Of a stretch of 34,262 nucleotides of DNA, positions 27,941 to 34,262 are shown in pieces. Under the pieces are notes generated by a model. The model was not told the origin of the DNA. It saw only the letters and a list, made by a program, of their open reading frames with translations, and did no database searches. The translations under genes and the position numbers were made by a program. The DNA comes from Archaeoglobaceae archaeon (GTDB lineage: Archaea; Halobacteriota; Archaeoglobi; Archaeoglobales; Archaeoglobaceae): assembly GCA_038893835.1 (NCBI GenBank), contig JAWAQR010000013.1:1-34262 (forward strand), given 5' to 3'. The stretch's first letter is position 1. Each line of letters starts with the position of its first letter.

Positions 27941-29800
27941 ATGAAGATTTTGGAGGAGGGAAGGATTGGAGATTTGAGAATTCCAAACAGAATAGTCCTT
28001 CCCGCGATGGCTTTAAATCTAGCAAGGGATGGATATGTGACGGATGAATTAATACAGCATTATAGAAAGTTTGCTAGGAATGGAGTTGGCCTTATCATAG
28101 TTGAAGGTGCAGCCGTTGATAGTAGGGGAAGAGATTTGCATGGAGGTCTTGGAATTTATTCTGACAAGTTTTGCATAGGGCTGAACGAATTGGCTGAAGA
28201 GATAAAGTTCAATGGATCAGTTGCAGGAATTCAGCTTTTGCATCCAGGAGGTTGTGCAAGTCCAAGAATTGAGGGTAATGAGCCGATGGCACCATCTCCT
28301 GTAGAATTCACGATGTTCATGCATGGAAGGCACAGCTTTAAAGTGAAGGCGAGAGAGTTGAGTAAAGAGGAGATCAAGAAAATAGTAGAGATGTTTACAG
28401 AAGCTGCTGGAAGAGCAAAAGATTGTGGATTTGATTTAGTTGAAATAAACGCAGCTCATGGCTGGCTTTTCAGTCAGTTCCTTTCTCCGAATACAAATAA
28501 GAGAAACGATGAGTACGGTGGAAATTTTGAGAATAGGATTAGATTATCGTTAGAAGTTTTGGAATCCGTTAAAAATGTTGGAATAAATGTGATTTTCAGA
28601 ATCGATGGTTCATTTCCATCATATGGAGGCGTTTCTGATCAGGAAATTCTGAAATATGCTTTAGAACTGGAAAAGGCTGGAGCAGATTGTTTGCATGTTA
28701 GTGGAAGTTTTGCAATTACTCCAATGCTTATTCAGAGAGGTATTTTGCTTGAAGGAGCTTTTAAGGTTAAATCGGTCGTCAGGATTCCAGTAATAGGCGT
28801 TGGAGGAATTTCGCCAGAAATGGCGATCAAGTTAATTGAAGATGGAAAGATAGACTTTGTAGCTCTGGGCAGGGCGTTGATTGCTGATCCGGAGCTGGTG
28901 ATAAAGATAAGGGAAAATAGAATCCAGGATATCCGTCCCTGCACAAGATGTAATGACTGCATCGACAGACTTTTCAGTTTAAGGCAATTCAAGGCGAAGT
29001 GTTCTCTGAATCCGGAAGTTGAAATAAAGAAAGCGGAAAAAGGAAAGAGGATTGTAGTCATTGGTGGAGGAGTTGCAGGAATGGAATTTGCAAGAGTTGC
29101 GAAGCAGAGGGGACATGATGTAATAATCTTGGAGAAGAATTCTGAACTTGGTGGCAATTTAATTGCCGCTTCAGCCCCATCTTTCAAGGCTGATTTGAGA
29201 GACTATCTTGAATGGCTCAAAAGGCAAGTGAAAGACGTGAAGGTTTTTTTGAACTGCTCTAACGTTATGGAGAAAATAGAGGAGTTGAAGCCAGATGCAG
29301 TAGTTATAGCCATTGGTGCGGAACATGAGATGCCAAATTTGGTTGGAATTGAAAAAGCAGTCACAGCTGTGGATGTTTTGATGGGGAAGGTAGAAGTTGG
29401 TAGGAGAGTTGTAATAATCGGAGGAGGGAGAATAGGTTGCGAGACCGCATTGTATTTGGCTGAAAAGGGTAAAGACGTCACAATTTTGGAGATATTACCA
29501 ACAATAGCTTCCGATGTCGAAAGGAACTATGGATTTGCCTTGATGAGGGAGCTGAAGAACAAAAACGTTAAATGGATCTGCAACTTCAGAACTGAGAGAA
29601 TAGAGGATGGAAAAGTTGTGGGCTTTAGCGATGGGAAAATGGAAATCGAGTGCGACAGTGTCGTAATTGCCACTGGAATGCGCTCGAGAAAGATTGAATT
29701 AAAATTAAAAGTTCCCTGCTACTACATTGGAGATTGTGTCAAGCCCAGAAAAATAAGAGATGCCGTATACGAAGCTGTTTACTTGGCATCAAAGATTTGA
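27941..29800 (+). CDS. OYE-family NADH:flavin oxidoreductase with 4Fe-4S and FAD domains (dienoyl-CoA/enoate reductase architecture)
   Basis: PNRIVLPAM, NAAHGWLFSQFLSP.TNKRNDEYGG, CTRCNDC...C, two GGGxxG dinucleotide motifs. Confidence 0.9.
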   Translation: MKILEEGRIGDLRIPNRIVLPAMALNLARDGYVTDELIQHYRKFARNGVGLIIVEGAAVDSRGRDLHGGLGIYSDKFCIGLNELAEEIKFNGSVAGIQLLHPGGCASPRIEGNEPMAPSPVEFTMFMHGRHSFKVKARELSKEEIKKIVEMFTEAAGRAKDCGFDLVEINAAHGWLFSQFLSPNTNKRNDEYGGNFENRIRLSLEVLESVKNVGINVIFRIDGSFPSYGGVSDQEILKYALELEKAGADCLHVSGSFAITPMLIQRGILLEGAFKVKSVVRIPVIGVGGISPEMAIKLIEDGKIDFVALGRALIADPELVIKIRENRIQDIRPCTRCNDCIDRLFSLRQFKAKCSLNPEVEIKKAEKGKRIVVIGGGVAGMEFARVAKQRGHDVIILEKNSELGGNLIAASAPSFKADLRDYLEWLKRQVKDVKVFLNCSNVMEKIEELKPDAVVIAIGAEHEMPNLVGIEKAVTAVDVLMGKVEVGRRVVIIGGGRIGCETALYLAEKGKDVTILEILPTIASDVERNYGFALMRELKNKNVKWICNFRTERIEDGKVVGFSDGKMEIECDSVVIATGMRSRKIELKLKVPCYYIGDCVKPRKIRDAVYEAVYLASKI

Positions 29801-29809
29801 GGTGAGAAA

Positions 29810-30838
29810 ATGATAAAATTTGGGCAGCTTTTACCAATCCCAGTTTCACCGGTGGATTCTCTGATAAAAATAGGTGTGAGGACCGAGAAGGTTGGTTTTG
29901 ATTCTGTTTGGGTTGCAGATCATCTTCTTATGATCCCAACTGGAATAGTCCCAAATGTATGGCCTTTGCTTTCAGCCATAGCCTCACAAACAGAAAAAAT
30001 TGAAATAGGAACCTGTGTCTCAGATCCTCATAGAATTCATCCAGCAGTTTTTGCCCAACTTTCAGCAACACTTGATCAAATTTCAAATGGCAGACTGATT
30101 GTCGGCCTTGGTCCTGGAGAGGCGATGAACGTTGAGCAATTTGGAATCAATTGGAATAAACCTGTAGCTAGGATGGCTGAATTCACGAAGATTTTGCGAG
30201 AATTTTGGTTAAGAGACAGAGTCGACTTTGATGGAGAATTCTGGAAGTTTAAAGATGCCTTCTTACAAATAAAGCCAAAGAGAAATCCTGTACCAATTTA
30301 TTTTGGAGCAAATGGAAAAAGAACTCGTAAAATCACCGCTGAACTTGCTGATGGCTGGTTACCAGTTTCTGTTGGTCCTAAAGTATATAAAAAGCATTTG
30401 GAAGAGATCAAAGAACACGCAAAAAAAGTTGGAAGGAATTTGGAAAAATTTGAACCTGGAATATACGTTTACGTTGCCGTTTCGGAAAAGTATGATGAAG
30501 CTTTTAATCAGCTTAGGAAAGTGAAACATCAGGTTGCTTTTTCTCCAAAAATGGTAGAAGAAGCTGGCTTCGAAGTTCCGGAGAAATTCTCTAAGAATCT
30601 CTATTCGGAAATTCTTGTAACAAATGATGGAATAAAGTTTTATGAGGAATTCGGAAAATTCGTCCCGGACGAAGTTGTAGAGGAATTTGCAATTGTTGGC
30701 ACGCCGAAAGATTGCGAAGAAAAGGTTGAAGAGTTTGTTAAGGCAGGAGTTAAACATTTCGTTCTCATAAACATGGGTCCAGATCCAAAATTTGTGCTAG
30801 AATTTTTTGCAAAGAAAATAATACAATCATACAAATAA
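29810..30838 (+). CDS. LLM-class oxidoreductase, probably F420-dependent
   Basis: GFDSVWVADH, GTCVSDP, ATLDQISNGR...GLGPGEAMN, ADGW; RBS GAGGTGA overlaps the upstream stop. Confidence 0.88.
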   Translation: MIKFGQLLPIPVSPVDSLIKIGVRTEKVGFDSVWVADHLLMIPTGIVPNVWPLLSAIASQTEKIEIGTCVSDPHRIHPAVFAQLSATLDQISNGRLIVGLGPGEAMNVEQFGINWNKPVARMAEFTKILREFWLRDRVDFDGEFWKFKDAFLQIKPKRNPVPIYFGANGKRTRKITAELADGWLPVSVGPKVYKKHLEEIKEHAKKVGRNLEKFEPGIYVYVAVSEKYDEAFNQLRKVKHQVAFSPKMVEEAGFEVPEKFSKNLYSEILVTNDGIKFYEEFGKFVPDEVVEEFAIVGTPKDCEEKVEEFVKAGVKHFVLINMGPDPKFVLEFFAKKIIQSYK

Positions 30839-30841
30839 TTT

Positions 30842-31924
30842 TTAAATTATTCCTATTTCTGAAAGTTTTTCAGGTAGATAAACATCTGTCACATAATCCA
30901 GCCCGTATTTGGCCAAAGCCTGTTGTTCTGATTTTTTATTAATCTCAAGCTGCAGCTTTACTTCTTTTTTCCAAAAATCTGTATTAAACCTTGGATCCGA
31001 AAGAATGGAATAGAGAGCTTTTATATCTTCATCGTTTAGCTTGTCAGCGGGCAAATCGTAGCGAATTATGTCAGAAGGTGTTATGCCTAAGAACTTTGCA
31101 TCGGGGGTTGCTAAGTATTCTGAAAGGTGGGCAGACTTTATGCTCCCATAAGCGATGCTTGCATAGATTCTGTAACTCCAGGGATCTCCATCTGTAAATA
31201 CGACGACAGGTAAACCTAGCTCAGTGTTTAACCTTTTCAGCAACCTCCTAGTACTTCTCGCCGGTTGACCTTTTAGATGCACTATTATGGCATCAAATTT
31301 CTCATCAAAACCATTCTCCACAAGCCTGTCCCTCATACCACCAGTCTCTATTGCTATAACGAACTCAGCATCGCATTCGATGAATTCAAGTTTGTCAACG
31401 TTCACGGGAATCTGGTAACCACCTTCTCCAACATCGTCTTGGCAATGAATTTCTTTATACCCTCTTCTAGTTTCCTCACGAATCTTTATAGGACCAATTA
31501 TTGTTGCCCCATCTTCTTCAGGACGAATGTGAAAGTGCTCTCTTTGAAAATTTGACAGTATTTCAAGATCCTCAATTAACCTGTCACTCTCATCCTGATC
31601 CTCAAACTTCGCAAATCCCCAACTCTCGCTGATGTAGTATAGCTCCCTTAGCGTCGAAGATTTATTTGCTAAAAGCTGTTCTTTCAAAAAACCTATTAGA
31701 TATGCAATTTTTAGTATTTTAAAAGCACCTTTGATCGTTTTTGCAGAAGTTGTTGACTTTCTATCTCCATAAACCCAAACTCCAGAATTTTCGTCGAATT
31801 CTATGTTTTGTTTTGTCCTCGTGGATATATCTATCTCAGGTATCTTTCCAGCTTTCATCTGCTCGTATAAATTCTCCAGAATTCCAAGCAGAGATGAAAG
31901 ACATTTTTTATCCACTTCATTCAT
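30842..31924 (-). CDS. top6A: DNA topoisomerase VI subunit A
   Basis: STLRELYY (catalytic Tyr), [35 protein letters not shown]. Confidence 0.96.
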   Translation of the reverse strand: MNEVDKKCLSSLLGILENLYEQMKAGKIPEIDISTRTKQNIEFDENSGVWVYGDRKSTTSAKTIKGAFKILKIAYLIGFLKEQLLANKSSTLRELYYISESWGFAKFEDQDESDRLIEDLEILSNFQREHFHIRPEEDGATIIGPIKIREETRRGYKEIHCQDDVGEGGYQIPVNVDKLEFIECDAEFVIAIETGGMRDRLVENGFDEKFDAIIVHLKGQPARSTRRLLKRLNTELGLPVVVFTDGDPWSYRIYASIAYGSIKSAHLSEYLATPDAKFLGITPSDIIRYDLPADKLNDEDIKALYSILSDPRFNTDFWKKEVKLQLEINKKSEQQALAKYGLDYVTDVYLPEKLSEIGII

Positions 31925-31998
31925 AAAGACTCTAAAAGTTTGAAAAATTTTAAAAGATTTGCCGCTAAATTTTAAATAGTTTCAAATCGAAAGACTTT

Positions 31999-32385
31999 AT
32001 GCGAAAATCGATAATCCTCATTGGCAGAGAAAATTCTAAAATAGCGGAGGAGGTTGCTAGAGATTTTGGATTCGATCTGTTCTTCATTGACATAAATACA
32101 GACTTGGAAAGCTTTACAGAATCGCTTGGGGAATATGAAAAGCTTATAGTAATCGCAACTCTAGGTTCTTGGGAGGGAGAATTATTGATAGAATTTGTAA
32201 CGAAATGCAAGTCAAAGTTGATTCTATTTTGCTTTTTGAGATCTAGAACTATTCAGGAGATTATGATTAGCAGAAATCAGGCTGATGAAATCCTGAATTT
32301 ATTTCCGGATTTTCAGGGTGCGATGATAAGTAATGAAATGCCTCCAGATGTGAAAATAGAAGCTTTAAAACTGCTGATGGATTAA
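31999..32385 (+). CDS. Hypothetical alpha/beta protein
   Basis: 128-aa ORF filling the gap, with a TATA-like TTTAAATA about 20 nt upstream and a 4-nt convergent overlap with fttA. Confidence 0.6.
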   Translation: MRKSIILIGRENSKIAEEVARDFGFDLFFIDINTDLESFTESLGEYEKLIVIATLGSWEGELLIEFVTKCKSKLILFCFLRSRTIQEIMISRNQADEILNLFPDFQGAMISNEMPPDVKIEALKLLMD

Positions 32386-34262
32386 AGGAATCTTATAGTT
32401 TCCATATTAAGCGGAGCTCTGGTCTCTATTTTGTATGTTTTGTATATAGCTGAAGCTAGTTCAACGCACTTCGATTCATCTCCATGGACTGTGATTATCT
32501 TTGAGGGTTTGGGATTTAGGAACTTCACATAATTTAATAGCTGTTTTCTATCAGAATGCCCTGAAAATCCATCTACAGTTTCAACCCTCATTTTCACATC
32601 TATCACTTCTCTTCTACCCTCTATAGTGAACGGGATCTCTCTCCATCCCTTCTGAATCTTCCTTCCCAGAGTACCCTCAGCCTGGTAGCCGACGAAGATC
32701 ATCGTATTCTTTTCATCTTCTGCAAGATGTCTGAAGTACTCCATCACAGGTCCACCGTTGAGCATTCCGGATGGAGAAAGGATCACGGCTGGAGATGGAT
32801 CGTTTATAACGCTCTCCCTTTTATCAGCTGAGTCTACTCTGACAAAGCTCTCGCTTATAAATGGATTTATTCCGTTGTAGAGTATCATATCCCTAAGTTC
32901 GGCGTTTAAGTATTCAGGATATGCCGTGTGTATTGCCGTAGCCTCGTAAATCATTCCATCGATGTAAACGGGTACTTCTTTCAACTTCTTTTCTCTTATC
33001 GCCTCCTCTAGAACTATCATTACCTCCTGACTCCTTCCAACGGCAAATGTTGGAATCAAAACTTTTCCACCTTTTTCTATTGTCTCGTTTATTATTTCTA
33101 TTAACTTCTGTTCAGCCTCAGCTCTTGATGGCTGTAAATCGTTTGCACCGCCATACGTTGCTTCCATAACCAGAGCTTCAAGTCTGGGAAAGTTTGTTGA
33201 AGTCTTATCGAATAGCCTGGTTTTCTCGAACTTGAAATCCCCTGTGAATGCGATGTTGTAAAGACCTTCCCCAACGTGGAAATGGGCGATTGCTGATCCA
33301 AGGATATGGCCAGCGTTGTAAAAAGTCAGCCTCAAATCCGGGCTTATGTCTGTGACTTCTCCATAGTTTAGGGTTATTGTGTGCTTTAAAGCTTCTCTAA
33401 CCATAGCAGAGTTATAAATAGCTTCCTTTTCTCTTCCAGTAACTTCTATGAAGTCCAGCTGTAAAAGAATCATTAGATCTCTTGTTGGTGGGGTTACATA
33501 GATCGGACCCCTATAGTTGAACTTGTAGAGTAGCGGAACGAGTCCGCAGTGGTCTAGATGGGCATGCGTTATTACGACCGCATCCAGAGAATCGATGGGT
33601 TGAACTTCGGGAAGGTATAGATAAGGTGTTTCGGAAACATTGCTAACGTTTACACCACAGTCGATTAAAACTTTGCTGTACCTCGTTTGTAAGAGATAGC
33701 AGCTTCTTCCAACTTCCCTGCAACCACCCAAAAATGTCACTCTTACCCAGTTCCCGTCGGGAAGAATTTTTCTGTGAATTCTATCTCCTATTCTCCTCAA
33801 TTCATTTTGCCTCTCCTCTTTTACACTTGTTAAATAAGTTCTTATGCTCTCTATCGTCTTTGACTTTATCGGTGGAGTTCTTATAACTCTCGGACTCCAT
33901 CCAGTCTCTTTCATTATTTCTCTGAAAGTGATACCCTGTCTACCTATCACAATTCCCGGCTTCTCCGCCTCTATTATTACTTCTCCATTTTCCTCATCGA
34001 ATTCTATGCTCGATATCTTTGCCTCTTCAGGCACTATTTTCATTATTATCTCTTTAGCCTCTGCTTTTGGCTTCAAAATCTTGGGGTCTGGTCTGATTAC
34101 TATTCTCTTTCTGAGCTCTTTAGCCAGCTTCTTTACTATATCTATTCCAACTAGTTCCTGTGGATTTTCGATATAAACAACTAACAATGGCCCTTCAAAT
34201 TCAACGTTTTTAATCCTTATATTGGGAGGAACGAGCTCCTTAACTCTCCTCTTTATCTCATC
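32382..34262 (-). CDS. fttA: aCPSF1/FttA KH-domain beta-CASP ribonuclease (5' end beyond the window)
   Basis: KH motif PGIVIGRQG, THAHLDH, AGHILGS, GFSGHSD, VHGD; frame stays open to the window edge (DEIKRRVKELVPPNIRIKNVEFEGP). Confidence 0.96.
   Translation of the reverse strand, partial: DEIKRRVKELVPPNIRIKNVEFEGPLLVVYIENPQELVGIDIVKKLAKELRKRIVIRPDPKILKPKAEAKEIIMKIVPEEAKISSIEFDEENGEVIIEAEKPGIVIGRQGITFREIMKETGWSPRVIRTPPIKSKTIESIRTYLTSVKEERQNELRRIGDRIHRKILPDGNWVRVTFLGGCREVGRSCYLLQTRYSKVLIDCGVNVSNVSETPYLYLPEVQPIDSLDAVVITHAHLDHCGLVPLLYKFNYRGPIYVTPPTRDLMILLQLDFIEVTGREKEAIYNSAMVREALKHTITLNYGEVTDISPDLRLTFYNAGHILGSAIAHFHVGEGLYNIAFTGDFKFEKTRLFDKTSTNFPRLEALVMEATYGGANDLQPSRAEAEQKLIEIINETIEKGGKVLIPTFAVGRSQEVMIVLEEAIREKKLKEVPVYIDGMIYEATAIHTAYPEYLNAELRDMILYNGINPFISESFVRVDSADKRESVINDPSPAVILSPSGMLNGGPVMEYFRHLAEDEKNTMIFVGYQAEGTLGRKIQKGWREIPFTIEGRREVIDVKMRVETVDGFSGHSDRKQLLNYVKFLNPKPSKIITVHGDESKCVELASAIYKTYKIETRAPLNMETIRFL

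Noticed and set aside
482-34176. Many 60-180 aa antisense or nested ORFs in the track (e.g. 19250-19801, 25050-25574, 28732-29187)
   Set aside because: They are S/F/I-rich shadows of well-supported genes with no recognisable motifs

Overview
Gene-dense, AT-rich euryarchaeal chromosome segment. Gene content and protein style point to Archaeoglobaceae (inference, not a database result). It holds about 30 mostly housekeeping CDSs (arfC, iorB, gatCA, a NitT/TauT-type ABC transporter, ccmC, hjc, hef, a DUF1998 helicase, pyrK, pheS, a GGR-family reductase, radA, cofGH, top6A, 5'-truncated fttA/aCPSF1) and five tRNAs: Arg-CCT, Leu-CAG, Thr-GGT, intron-containing Tyr-GTA and initiator Met. I saw no CRISPR array, integrase or transposase. 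Reading outside the ORF track gave the main points. (1) A Ku-ligase NHEJ operon at 4186-4806 has been shredded by internal deletions, some with dual-frame junctions that look like microhomology. (2) An amidase gene has decayed the same way. (3) A radA-DUF2150-SWIM cluster encodes a SWIM protein resembling eukaryotic Shu2/SWS1, a candidate archaeal Shu-like recombination module. (4) The tRNA-Tyr intron has two mutually exclusive hairpins. (5) A phased repeat array lies between an HTH regulator and the ABC operon. (6) A 600-bp orphan AT-rich region carries a promoter, RBS, mini-ORF and palindrome.
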